A stretch of 63,475 nucleotides of DNA, filler included, from Octopus bimaculoides (Eukaryota), in NCBI RefSeq assembly GCF_001194135.2. It is 5 parts of 4 records of this genome, joined end to end, with 100 filler letters (N's around TTAATTAATTAA, not from the genome) between each part and the next. Parts side by side here need not be neighbours in the genome. Positions count along the whole stretch, not along the records: positions 36,015 to 58,204 come from NC_068991.1; positions 58,305 to 63,475 come from NC_068997.1; 3 more parts are not named here. One strand, given 5' to 3'. A program made the position numbers and the translations under genes. Under the pieces are notes generated by a model. It saw nothing but the letters and a program-made list of their open reading frames with translations. It did not search any database and was not told the DNA's origin. Position 1 is the first letter of the stretch. Each line of letters opens with the position of its first letter. Positions 47,489 to 61,427 of the stretch are shown here, piece after piece.

Positions 47489-48478
47489 ATATATATATAT
47501 ATATTGAATCTCCAGCATTCTTGCTGCTTATATTTCTCTCTCTCTCTCTCTTTCTATATATATATANNNNNNNNNNNNNNNNNNNNNNNNNNNNNNNNNN
47601 NNNNNNNNNNNNNNNNNNNNNNNNNNNNNNNNNNNNNNNNNNNNNNNNNNNNNNNNNNNNNNNNNNNNNNNNNNNNNNNNNNNNNNNNNNNNNNNNNNNN
47701 NNNNNNNNNNNNNNNNNNNNNNNNNNNNNNNNNNNNNNNNNNNNNNNNNNNNNNNNNNNNNNNNNNNNNNNNNNNNNNNNNNNNNNNNNNNNNNNNNNNN
47801 NNNNNNNNNNNNNNNNNNNNNNNNNNNNNNNNNNNNNNNNNNNNNNNNNNNNNNNNNNNNNNNNNNNNNNNNNNNNNNNNNNNNNNNNNNNNNNNNNNNN
47901 NNNNNNNNNNNNNNNNNNNNNNNNNNNNNNNNNNNNNNNNNNNNNNNNNNNNNNNNNNNNNNNNNNNNNNNNNNNNNNNNNNNNNNNNNNNNNNNNNNNN
48001 NNNNNNNNNNNNNNNNNNNNNNNNNNNNNNNNNNNNNNNNNNNNNNNNNNNNNNNNNNNNNNNNNNNNNNNNNNNNNNNNNNNNNNNNNNNNNNNNNNNN
48101 NNNNNNNNNNNNNNNNNNNNNNNNNNNNNNNNNNNNNNNNNNNNNNNNNNNNNNNNNNNNNNNNNNNNNNNNNNNNNNNNNNNNNNNNNNNNNNNNNNNN
48201 NNNNNNNNNNNNNNNNNNNNNNNNNNNNNNNNNNNNNNNNNNNNNNNNNNNNNNNNNNNNNNNNNNNNNNNNNNNNNNNNNNNNNNNNNNNNNNNNNNNN
48301 NNNNNNNNNNNNNNNNNNNNNNNNNNNNNNNNNNNNNNNNNNNNNNNNNNNNNNNNNNNNNNNNNNNNNNNNNNNNNNNNNNNNNNNNNNNNNNNNNNNN
48401 NNNNNNNNNNNNNNNNNNNNNNNNNNNNNNNNNNNNNNNNNNNNNNNNNNNNNNNNNNNNNNNNNNNNNNNNNNNNNN

Positions 48479-48541
<63 letters not shown>

Positions 48542-50819
48542 ATATATACACGTAGATGAATAGATAGATAGACAGACAAACAGATAAATGGATAGACTGA
48601 TGGATAGATAGATAGATAAATAGATACATAAATACATACATACATATATGCATGCATGCATACGTACGTACGTATGTACATACATAGCTATAGCCTATAT
48701 GATTTCCTGCTGTTAAAGATGTGATAGTTGCTCTAAATATTGGAAAATGGCTCATGATTGCTAATTGATGTAAACTAACCAAAATACAAACAGGGACATC
48801 TCCAGGCAACTGTAATTATGAATCTTATTTACTCGGAGTAAACATATATAATTGCTGAGGTAAACATAATGCTGTTAATGTTGTGATGATATATTTATAC
48901 AGAGTAAACAATTTATCTCAAAGACTGCTATTATGTCTCCAAAGCTAGAAAGTAGTTCTCTTCCCTAACTACTTGTTCACTGCAAAGCTAAGGTAAGGTT
49001 TTGAATCAAATACTGCTGCCATGTTTGGGACCTGGTAGCTATGCACACCGGCACCTTAGACCGTATCGATGTGAAGACATGTTGAGTGATTGGTATGATG
49101 TTACAAGCGCAATGCAAACTTTGGTCCTACAGACGAGTTGCGTCCTCTTGCTAGAGTAAATGTCTCCTAAATCTCCCTGTATGTAGTCTTGTCTTACTCA
49201 ATTCTTTCTCCCACCGATGTGTCAAACGTTCCAAACTGCGTGTTCTTAATTTCTTCCGTTCACGGAAATTTTAGTCTTACGACAATTTAAGCAGAACGTT
49301 ATGCTTACCAAGTTAACGATTTTCGGTGGCGTCTGAGTACCTTAGTTGCTTGCCTTAACAGTTACAAAAAAATTAAATCAATATGACCAATGTTGTTACA
49401 ATCACCTTATATAAATAGTTAAGCTTTCGCTAAAGGAGTGCCCCGGCTGAGGCAGATTCTATCCCTGGAATGAGATATGAACGTCACAACATCCAGTTTT
49501 TTTCGACTAACAGTCATAAGAGCTTCATCTTAGAAACGATGAACCAGTAAATATACCTTCTAAAGCGAAACATTTTGACGAATGAATACCGCGATATATT
49601 TCTGTTTCAATTATTCTCTGAAAAGAAGGCATCGAATTCACAAACATTTCTATTTTGCTAAAATGTATGGGTTGACGACTTTTCGTATAAACATTGTTGT
49701 GAGCGTTAGTGTACTCGATAGAAAACCTTATTTTTCAATGCTTAAATATCGTTAAGCGCTATCATATAATATAAGCACTGTGTCTATTGCCTCGAATATA
49801 TATTAGTATTAATTAAGCCAATGTAATTTCCCTGTCATCTGTTATATCTAAAATAATAGTTTTGTAACTGACCCAGCCTGATCAGCCACAAATGCTTAGA
49901 ATGAATCTAACTGTACATCATTCGATCATTCTAATGGTGTTACACATATTCTTTTGGTCTTTCCCTGCTGGTCTTACTCCACTGGTCTTTGTCTGACAGT
50001 AATAAATTTCTGCTGACTTTATTGACCATACTAGAGCGGTCTTCCACGCAAATCCTGCTTGCAATAGTGGCCTCACTGTGTATATAAATAAATATATTCC
50101 TTATCATGTCCTAGTCTTATGTAATATGCCTTGTAAGTCAATTTTTTTACATGTTTCTATTCTTATTTATTGATTCCATTTAAAATTTCCAAACCTTTTG
50201 TTGTTGAACTTTTAGAGAAGTCACTAGAGATTCTAGACATTAAGTGTCTTCTATAAAGACAGATAAATCTCAGACTAGCGTTACATTTCGTTATCTAACT
50301 GAGAGCTTTCCTCTGAGAATCGATAAGTTCATCTTGACATCCCGACAACCCTGAAGTATACATACATATGTATATACATACATNNNNNNNNNNCGCGCGT
50401 GCGTGCGTGTGCGTGTGTGTAAGCATGTAATCATCTACGGAAATCCAATTTATGTTATTTATCGTAGTTTCGTAGTTTAAGTCCTATAATTTCTGAAATC
50501 CTGAATCGACGTTCGACGGGAACCCATATTAAACCAATAATAATACTTCTGCTTGTGCATCTCTGAGCACGAGCAGAAGTAGTTGAGTAGCATCATAGCC
50601 ATATGTGGAGAGGAATTCTTAGGAGTTTGGATAATTAACCGCTGGAAACATGAGTGTTTTGTCCAACATTCTTAAACAATCCTTAATCACAGAACTTTTG
50701 AACAGTATGGGCTACTCGACCTGAAGAAAATTCTAACTGGGTCCCACCTGCAAGGTAATGCGCTTTTAATCTTGATATGAGATCACTATGTCACGCACAT
50801 ATGGTTGTGATGCATGTAC

Positions 50820-51609
50820 CTGGTATACCCTTATCAGATGGGTGTATGACTAAAAGTGATTTAAAACCGGAAACACTAAGAACAAACTACACAAAATACA
50901 GAATAGACAACACAGCAGAAAGTGACAAGTGCAGAATCTGTGGACAAAACGGTGAAACCGTACGGCATATTACCAGCCAATGTCAACCACTAGCCCAGAA
51001 GGANNNNNNNNNNGTACGGCATATTACCAGCCAATGTCAACCACTAGCCCAGAAGGAATATAAGAGATGCCACGACAATATAGCCAGGCTTGTCCATTGG
51101 ACACTTTGCAACAAGTATGAACTCGACCACAAACCTGAAGGCATCGTCGAAAATAGAAAAGCAAAGATCCTATGGGATTTTATAATTCAGTGCGACCATG
51201 AGATAGAGAATAGGAAGCCAGACATAGTCTTAATTGAGAAAGAAAACAAATTATGTTGGATCATAGATATAGCATGCCCAGCTGACAACAAGGTATGCGA
51301 TAAGGAAGAAAGAAAAGTCGAGAGATATGACAGGTTAGCTTGGGAAGTTAAGCAGTTTTGGTCGATGAAAAAGGTGGTAGTAGTACCAATAATTGTCGGA
51401 GCCCTGGGAACAGTGAGCAAAAATCTCGAGAAGTACGTGGAACAAATAGGAGATGCAAATAAGGGTGGAGCACTTGCAGAAAACAGAACTGCTTGGAACC
51501 GCTCGAATATCCCAGAAAGTACTCGAAAAATAAGAGGTGTCACCTTAGTTGACGGGTAGTGAACAGCTGACACCGTAGTACATCTCCAGCGCTAGAAGCT
51601 ATGAAAAGC

Positions 51610-51656
<47 letters not shown>
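50820..51656 (+). mobile_element. R4/Dong-like non-LTR element 3' end with (AAT)n tail (51612-51656)
   Basis: DKCRICGQNGETVRHITSQC...HDNIARLVHW...ILWDFIIQCDHEIENRKPDIVLIEK...IIDIACP...KVERYDRLAWEVKQFW...PIIVGALG (CCHC plus PD-(D/E)xK endonuclease). Confidence 0.92.
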
Positions 51657-51658
<2 letters not shown>

Positions 51659-52978
51659 TTCTTTTGTAGACGTGTACATCTCAATATGTCCAAACTTTGA
51701 AATCTGGATTAATAATCCAGAAATCATATCCTTCGTATGCCAGTTGGAGATTGAAACCGCATCATGATTGTAACTAGATAAAGGTTTATATTGAACTTGA
51801 CATTAGCTCGAAACATTCTTTATTTTGTTTTTTTTAACATTTATCTTCAGCACACGCTCCAAGATGAGCCAACGTCCGCAGATATACACGATAATGCCGT
51901 AAGGAAATACACGAATAAGGTTATATGCTTTAATTCCCATGTTATCGTGTTAGAATGCGATGTCTCGAGGTTTGTTATAATTAAAATAACGTCCGTACAC
52001 ACGCCAAACTATGCTTGTATATTTTATTTGCTTTTTGTAATGTGTGAGAACGATTTGAAAACGAACGCCTGCAGTTACCTGCCTTTGGCCTGCATTATAC
52101 ACAGAAAAGAAAAGAATTCAGAATTTTCTCAATGAAAATTATTGTAATTGTTTGAGCGAAATAATCCATTTTGTTATAATTATATCGTGAACTCAGAAAA
52201 GATCCGCCGATGAAATATGAGAAGCCTCTTATCAATGCTACATTGCCATGGAAACTTAAAGGATACTTTATTTCATATACATTATGAGAAACATTTTAGA
52301 AGGAAACTATCTAACACACAAAAGATTAAAATAAAATGAATTTTAAAATTTCTTGGAAGAGTTGTAAATATTTCATTCAAATTAACGTATATCAACACCA
52401 TTACATGATAATGACAATTAATATACAGGATACTCAAGTGTATATAATATATATAAACACGCACAATGTCAGAAAATATTTAATGATCGTACATCACACA
52501 AAGTAATTCAATATTAAAGAATGTAATAGATACGCGTGTCAACATGATGAAGTTCAGTGAAGTCAAAATGATCTCCCATCGTGAACTGATGATCATTACA
52601 AAGTTATATAAGTGCAATATGGCAAAATATTATCAACTGAGATTTCGAGACAGAGACCAGGTTTCAATCATTGTTAGAAGGTAAAGCTTGTGCCATGTTT
52701 AGAAACAAGGACTTTCTATACATTCAGAAAATGCATGGTGGTTTCAGAATCATCAATTACAGAATTTCTTACGAAATTTAACTTTATTTTTGTAGTGTTA
52801 ATTAACTACAATATATATTTCTCATATGATATAAGGCACATTTGTCGTCTGTATGTTTGAAACATATATCTTTTTATAATTTAGATCAGTTAAGGTTTGG
52901 GGTACCCATGATATTTCAATGTTTCATATATATATATATACATACATACATATATACATGCATACATATATATATACA

Positions 52979-53022
<44 letters not shown>

Positions 53023-54935
53023 NNNNNNNNNNNNNNNNNNNNNNNNNNNNNNNNNNNNNNNNNNNNNNNNNNNNNNNNNNNNNNNNNNNNNNNNNNNNNN
53101 NNNNNNNNNNNNNNNNNNNNNNNNNNNNNNNNNNNNNNNNNNNNNNNNNNNNNNNNNNNNNNNNNNNNNNNNNNNNNNNNNNNNNNNNNNNNNNNNNNNN
53201 NNNNNNNNNNNNNNNNNNNNNNNNNNNNNNNNNNNNNNNNNNNNNNNNNNNNNNNNNNNNNNNNNNNNNNNNNNNNNNNNNNNNNNNNNNNNNNNNNNNN
53301 NNNNNNNNNNNNNNNNNNNNNNNNNNNNNNNNNNNNNNNNNNNNNNNNNNNNNNNNNNNNNNNNNNNNNNNNNNNNNNNNNNNNNNNNNNNNNNNNNNNN
53401 NNNNNNNNNNNNNNNNNNNNNNNNNNNNNNNNNNNNATATATATATATATATATAAAGTGATTTATGTTTAAGTTGCTCTGTAATGAAACAGTAGGTTTA
53501 AAGAAAATTGCAGAGAATTGCAGCTATGAGGGAAAAGGAATGTGTATGGAGTTTCCTGGAGAGTATGAGAGATACTACACACTGAAAAGAACGGGAGAAT
53601 CTTTAACGAATGAATCTTGATCCACCATACTCACTAACCAGCATTGTTCTAGTAATTCCCGATGACATTTTGTTCGCAGTGTATCAATGATTGAAATGTC
53701 CAACAAATCTTTTCGTCTGTTTTTTGTTTTTTTTTTCAGAAGGTAGGATGGAATTTTAGGGAGATTTATCGATTATTTAAAATCGATTACGTGACCATGA
53801 AAAATTAAAAAAACTCCCCCATTTGCTCAGATGGATTACTGCTACTTCTTGATATTAAAAAAAACCTTCCGGATACTTCTCACAGTCAAAAAAAAACGCT
53901 CTCAGTGTTTGACTTGTGGACCACGATATTGAAGTATGTCTCAAGCCTTAAATGAAACCGAAGCTATTAATGTATGTTGTGGTGAGACTCTATCATCCAA
54001 ACTTAACTAGTAAGTTTCCGCTGAACCGGTTCTCGGAACCAATTACGATTTCAGTTTCAAGGAATTTCATGTATATTGATAAAACTGGTTTAGGTGAATC
54101 GGAAATGTCATAAAACACTTTTTCACGTCTCCTAGGAATATTTAGTGTGTTGAATTTAATGCCCAATGTACGGCGGTTAACAGTCAGGAATTCCCAGAAA
54201 GTCAGGAAAATTACGTTGTGGAAATTATTTACCGAAGTGCGTTGCCTACTTCTAGATTTGAGAAATGTAGCATTAAAGCATTTATTACTGATATGATATG
54301 CCTATGTATGTTCTGATATGATATGTCTATGTATGTTCACACATAATGTGCCTATGTGCTTGATATAAAAGTTTGTAAGCCTCTGCTTATATTAAAATGA
54401 ACCCGTTTGTGATCGAGTGCCGAGTAAACGCGTTCTAAATCTGCTAACATTGTGTACAATCATATGAAGGGAATAGAAATATATATATATAGTTTCTCAA
54501 CTCCTCTTTATTTAAATGTAAGTTTCAAGGAAATGTATGGCTACGAAATACTTGATTTTTTACATAAAACATATAACATTGTTACATTGTATACTTTGCG
54601 TTCGCAGTGGATACCTAGTACACATACAAACACACGTACAAGCACACACAGAAACACGCACACACGCACACATACACATAAAAGCACACACACTCACGGG
54701 CGTGGGCAGACTCACACACATATGTTATTATTTTGTTTGATCTAATTTCGTCCTACTCAGATATTCGCCTATGGGTGCACGGACTGTTCGGAAAGTTATG
54801 GATTGTCTGACAATATTGTGTACCTACGTGGGAAACTCAGAGTAGAAAGAGACTGACTCGACCAAAATAAAATAGAGTATTCATCTCTACTATGATACTG
54901 AATACTCTTTTTTCCGAGAGTCAACACTAAACGGA

Positions 54936-54992
<57 letters not shown>

Positions 54993-55089
54993 NNNNNNNN
55001 NNNNNNNNNNNNNNNNNNNNNNNNNNNNNNNNNNNNNNNNNNNNNNNNNNNNNNNNNNNNNNNNNCTCTCTCTCTCTCTCTCTCTATTT

Positions 55090-55148
55090 ATAATATATGT
55101 AATTATCTATCTATCCGTTTATCTGTCTATCCATCTATCCATCTATCC

Positions 55149-55217
<69 letters not shown>

Positions 55218-55321
55218 ACTATTTATCTATCTATCCATCAATCTGTCTAACTGTCTATCCATTTATCTGTCTATCTATTTATCTATCTATCTATCTATCT
55301 ATCCATCTCTCACTCTCTCTC

Positions 55322-55413
<92 letters not shown>

Positions 55414-55430
55414 AATGTATGCATGAATGC

Positions 55431-55473
<43 letters not shown>

Positions 55474-55500
55474 TGTGTGTATGTGCGTGTGTGTGTACAA
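55090..55500. repeat. Compound microsatellite (TCTA)n, (CT)n, (TA)n, (TG)n
   Basis: Read directly. Confidence 0.95.
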
Positions 55501-56419
55501 ACTACAAACGTATATATGAGACAGAGATGGTAAGAAAAACACAGTGAAAAAGATGGAGGAAGGAAGAGAGAAATATAGAGAGGAAACCGTTTAATTACTG
55601 ACGCATTCACAAATTTTCCCTTCACATATACGTTAATGTATAACCGTTCATTACTGAGAGAAAAAAAGAGACGAATTATATATGCATACGTGCTTACTTT
55701 GGTGTGTATAACATTATCGGTTATATTTTTCGGAAAACGCGTTTAAAAAGAAACAGAGGAGAAAGAACTTACGTGTGAGAGAAAGAGCGATGGACACATA
55801 TACAGGTGAAAGAACGAGAGAGATTGCATATGTGGAAGAGAGAGAGGGTAACTGTAATGTAAGTAAAATTATGTGCGTAATCATATTGACGCACTTAAGG
55901 AATATACACATTTTATTGTCTGTCCTTACAGGTTGATAATATCTTACTTGAGAAGATTAAATACAAGACGGTACCACAGAACATACAGTTAACTTGAATA
56001 TCTATAAAAACCGCCCAATCTGGATTATACTACGATGTCAATGCTCCTAACTGCAACCCGCAATAGACTAAGCAAAGATGGAAAAGAATCCGCTCCTTTA
56101 TTTTCTACCCAGCGTTTTTGTTGTTGTTTGTTTGCTTATAGCTTTAACCACTATCCCCAACCATAATCTCTCCTTTAAGAGGCTTATTAACTTTTGAGTA
56201 GCTAAGATTAGCCGAGGAAGAAAGTAAATCGGTGTAACAGTGACAGAGTGTATTGTATGCTATATTAAACCTCGCTGTGTTTGATATCTTTGTGGTATTA
56301 TTATAATGAAAAGCAAGTCAGAGAAACTTTAACTGGTTAAAGAAAGACTAGCGATGTCAGGGCGGAGGGTGTCGCGAATTAGTTCCATATGTACACACTT
56401 ACTCACGCATACACACTCG

Positions 56420-56468
<49 letters not shown>

Positions 56469-56592
56469 NNNNNNNNNNNNNNNNNNNNNNNNNNNNNNNN
56501 NNNNNNNNNNNNNNNNNNNNNNNNNNNNNNNNNNNNNNNNNNNNNNNNNNNNNNNNNNNNNNNNNNNNNNNNNNNNNNNNNNNNNNATATAT

Positions 56593-56635
<43 letters not shown>

Positions 56636-57854
56636 CACATACACATATGCACACATACGCAAAGACACACACATATATATACATATATATATATATTAAT
56701 GCAATGGATGTGTATATACATATACCCTTATCGATGTATATGTGCTTATGTATTTATATAAACACACAAATACGCTTGTATACTGGTACAACTATGTATG
56801 CGTGTTTATGTTTATGGGTGTATGTGTACGTGAGCCTGTGTGTGTAAACAAATCGAATGCTTAGGAAGATTCTTAAAAATATAGAGAGAAAATACGTTGA
56901 AAATCCACGGAACTGTTCGAAAAGAAGCCATCTCAAGAGAAAATGTTCTAAGTCTTGGAATCCAATGCTGCGAGAATACAATATACAATATACGTAGAAA
57001 GTGGATAGAGCAAAAAGGCAGTAAATCTGCATATTTAAACATCAACCAGCTATCTTTCTCTGCTGTTCATTTAATACGCACTCTGAAAGTGAATAGAAAG
57101 TAATAAGATAATTCATTTGTTCTCTACTGCTTATAAGAACTGCAAATACAAGTAAAACAACAGCAACAACAATAACAACAACAACAACAGCAACAACAAC
57201 AGCAAAGGCAACTTCAACGGTAAAAACAAAAAAGAATACAAGCGTAACGTTAAGAGAAAGACGACATATTGAAGAGTGTTGGATTAAATTAGACGTATGA
57301 AATAAGTACGATGTTTCGCGAGCGAACAGGCGGATGAATCTGGAGTGCTTGTATTTGTTAAAGATTTAGAATTCTCTAAGACATATGCCGAATGACATGA
57401 ATGATGGGTGCCGATATTTTATTAAGACACCGAAAGTGTTTTCTCTTTTAGGACAAATATGAATTCTATTGTATATTTATTTATTATATTGTTTGTTTGT
57501 TTGTTTGTTTTGGCTTGGTTTTTGTTCTGCTTTTGTTTTGTTTTTTTTGTATTTTTAAGATTTGTTTATCGAAAGTTTAAATCCATGTGAAACTTTGAGA
57601 CGAGATCTTGTTTTTTCTAGTGCAATGACTAGTTTCAAAAAAGTACACTTTGTTTGACTTCTACAAAAATATGGCTTCCGATTTGATTCAGCATGAACGT
57701 AAAATTAGCAAGATCAACAGCAGGATTTGAGGTAACTAATGACCACCACTTGTTACCGCCAATCTCATAGATTGATGGATAGATAGATGGATAGATAGAT
57801 GTATAGATAGACGTATAGATAGATGTATACATAGATAGATAGACAGATAGATAG

Positions 57855-58204
57855 ATACATTTCTTTTATTAGCCACACAGGGCTCAACGAAGATGGGACA
57901 AATACAATGTAGAGCTTTTCTTTTTGGGAGGAGGAAGGAAGGAAAAAAAAAAAAAAAGAAAAAAAAAAATTGGTGGTGTCGATCAAAAGGGATCGTAGGA
58001 AGGGAAAAAGGAGCAGTTCGATCAAAAGGGATCGAAAAAAAAAAGAGAAAAGGAAAGGCCGATCAATAGGGATCGTGTATCACACAGTAATGTTCTCGTG
58101 TAAAAAGAGGGGAGGACAGTTTAGGTTTAGCCGTGGAAGGAAAAGCCCACGGAAAAGACCACGGTAACCTTAGTCAATATTCTCATTGAAGAAACTATAA
58201 CAGT
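57855..58204 (-). mobile_element. Probable 3' UTR of a non-LTR element, truncated by a gap
   Basis: Minus strand ends ...ttgtcccatcttcgttgagccctgtgtggctaataaaagaaat and then (TATC)n. This tail is similar to the SINE A2 tail. Confidence 0.5.
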
Positions 58205-58967
58205 NNNNNNNNNNNNNNNNNNNNNNNNNNNNNNNNNNNNNNNNNNNNTTAATTAATTAANNNNNNNNNNNNNNNNNNNNNNNNNNNNNNNNNNNNNNNN
58301 NNNNTATATGAATGTGTATGCGCCCCCATTGCCCATATATACATACCTGCAAGCACAACTACACAATGTGAGTTTGCAAGTATGTATTCACAGACGGGGT
58401 GACGTATTTATAGAATCACTGATATACACAATGATAATGATTGGGATAAATAGACAGAAAAAGAGAAAGCGAGTGAGAGAGGGAGTGTGTGAGAGAGAAA
58501 GAAACAAAGCCAGAGATAGAGAGAGTGAAAGAGAGAGGAGGAAAACGAAGGACAATGATAGTGAGTCAGGTTATAGTTGTAGTAATGCGTGTGTACACCT
58601 ACGGATTATTCCGATCATCGAACCAAAACGCTTGTATTTTTATTCTTTGTTTACATTCTTTAGCGTGAGTTCTTGTTATTGTACCATACTGTGGTATAAC
58701 AGATATTCCAAGAATTTTATAGTATTTCATTGTATATGTTTGATATCTTATAAAAGTTGTCTGTGATTACAACCAAGTACTAAGTAGTCTAGGCAACACG
58801 TTGATATCTTTGGTGTAATACTAAAACTAACACGTTCAACGTTATATTGATCTTCGGCTTTGGCATTGCCAGTATTGGAAGAATTATATAAATAAATAAA
58901 AAAAATTGATACAAAATAATATGTTTACTAAAAAATTTGTTTTTATGAAATTATTATATGTAGGAAC

Positions 58968-59165
58968 AGGAGGTAGCGAGCCGGCAGAATTGTTAGCACG
59001 CTGGACGAAATACTTAGCGGTTTTTCACACGTCACTACGTTCTGTGTTCAAATTCCGCCGAGATCGACTTTACCTCGCATAAATTAAGCACCAGTTGAAT
59101 ACTGGGGTCCATGTAATCGACTATCCCCTCCTCCAAGCTTCAGGCCTTGTGCCTATAATATAAAG
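58968..59165 (+). mobile_element. SINE family A
   Basis: gcgagccggcagaattgttagcacgctggacgaaatacttagcgg...gtgttcaaattccgccgag...ggccttgtgcctataat. Confidence 0.85.
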
Positions 59166-59503
59166 GATTATAAGTAGACATAGAGACACCGACTACCACT
59201 CCGCTTACACATGCACGCACACACACACGTGCGTGTGCGTGTGCATTTATATGTGTGTATGTAAATGTAGGAGGGGGTGCTGATTTTAAGGGTGTCGCAA
59301 AAGTTCTTTTGCAAGACCTAAAAACCTGAAGGACCGCTGTAATTAGTGTGTAAATTTGTGTATATTGGATAAAATCATTATTAACCGATCCCCGTGTGTT
59401 TTCTTTTGCCCAAAAGCCAGGAACATTATATATGTATATGTATATGCATATATATACATGCATTCATACCTACATATACATGCATGTCATGCCAACATGT
59501 GTG

Positions 59504-59599
<96 letters not shown>

Positions 59600-61357
59600 C
59601 TCAGTCTCTCGCTCTCAGTCTCACTTTCTCGCTCTCAGTCTCTCTCTCTCGCTCTCAGTCTCTCTCTCTCGCTCAAGCCATATATATGTGTGCGTGTAAT
59701 ACGGTTATACTAGGGTGAATCGTTAATTAGTCGCAAAATTTTTCCTTTCCGACAGTCAAATTGCATGCGCATCACCGCGTTTCAAGTTTGAACTCGAAAA
59801 TATCGAATCAATTATTATTACCTGAATCGCGGCCATATCGGTTAAGGTTGATCTCACAGGGAGATCCATAATTAATTTGCATATTATTCACCACTTCATC
59901 AATAATCACTTGTCTGATCATTTAAACCTTCTATGTGAGTGTTTGTGTGCGTTTTTTTATGTGTACAGGTGTCTATGTTCTCATGAACGAGTGATTGTGA
60001 AATTCCCATTGCAATCACGTGGCCCGGGTTCAGTCTCACCGCGTGATTACTCACGCAACTGTCTTGTGTTAACAATATGTTGATGAATAAAATTGTGTAA
60101 ACGGAGGCTCTGAAAAGCCGACGGATTGATTATGGCTGCATCCAAAACGTTCAGGTGACACATTAGTCGTCCTGTTTCTACTCAAGGACCGCTGAAGTCC
60201 CATGTATAAGTATCTTGTGAAATAATCAGATACTTAGAAAATTATTGAAGGTGTATTTAATTCAGTGGTACTTAAAGCCAAAATCATTAGCGTCGAAACA
60301 TACAGATGATCATGAAGTTGACAAAAAGTGTGTATACTTATGCGTAGACGTATATATGCGCCTGAGTGTCTTTTATGTATAATGTTTTGCATAGGGAAAG
60401 ACAAAGAATGTGATTAACGCGCGGGTGGGAAAGATAGATAGTGGAGTGGATAAATTCATAGAATGTTATCTCATGGATATATCAATATATAGAGAAATAG
60501 AGAACCAATTATTTGTCTCATTATACAATAAATAAAACTGCTTAAGTTAATAAGAAAAAAATTGTACTTTCTTATGATCGGCAGCTATTATTTTATTCAT
60601 CAAATTATTAGTTAGTAAACTATTACGGATGTAATAGCTGGCTATCGAACTATCGGAATAGCTACCTCATGAAAAAAGAAAACAGGCAAGGAATTTAGTG
60701 GTTGTTTCCTTCTTTAAAAGAATTTTTGTGCCCGAAATATGAAATTTTCACATTTTTGATTCCTTAGTGTGTGTTCATTCTTGAAAATTATTACTGTCCC
60801 TTTTTTCCTTCTCCATCAGGGAGTGATATCTATTTTGAAAATCCACCGATCAACTGCTACTGCTCGCACGAGTGAAATACCTATTTAGTAGTTTATTTAC
60901 TAACTTATTAGTAAATAGAATATTGGCTGTTGATGATCGGGAAAGCCCGAAAAAATTGTTTCTAAAAATCAAGTATAAACAGGAGCTTTTTATTGTGGTC
61001 TTTTGGTGTAGAGAATCAACATGTGGGAAATTACTCCGAATATCTTCCTTCAAATTTGAAAAGACAGACATAAAAAATTTTCTGAGGTGAATAGAAACAA
61101 ATATTTCGAGACAGAAACTACGAATTTATGACTGAAGTGTCAAATAATTCATATTATCTGTCACATCACCCGTCTGCAATGTATCTACATAAACAGATAT
61201 GAGGCCATACACAGTTACATACGCATAAATAAACACATACAGAACAGACATACATGAAAATGTGCATCCAGCATACATGTTTTCGTACATGTTTGTCTGT
61301 GTGTAGGTATATTTATATATACGGCGTGTAAATATATATATATGTGTGTGTGTGTGC

Positions 61358-61427
<70 letters not shown>

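Noticed and set aside
50960-51057. 44-bp direct duplication inside the R4/Dong ORF
   Set aside because: The identical copies flank a 10-N gap, the signature of unmerged overlapping contig ends.
55905-55990. Strong-looking splice acceptor (ttttattgtctgtccttacag) followed by VDNILLEKIKYKT
   Set aside because: Peptide not recognisable and no linkable neighbouring exon; needs RNA-seq.
57980-58075. Repeat-spacer pattern suggestive of CRISPR
   Set aside because: Only three 16-bp repeats with low-complexity spacers, in eukaryotic DNA with no cas genes; kept only as a hairpin finding.
60894-60917. 10-bp-stem hairpin tatttactaa-ctta-ttagtaaata
   Set aside because: AT-only stem in AT-rich DNA; plausible by chance.
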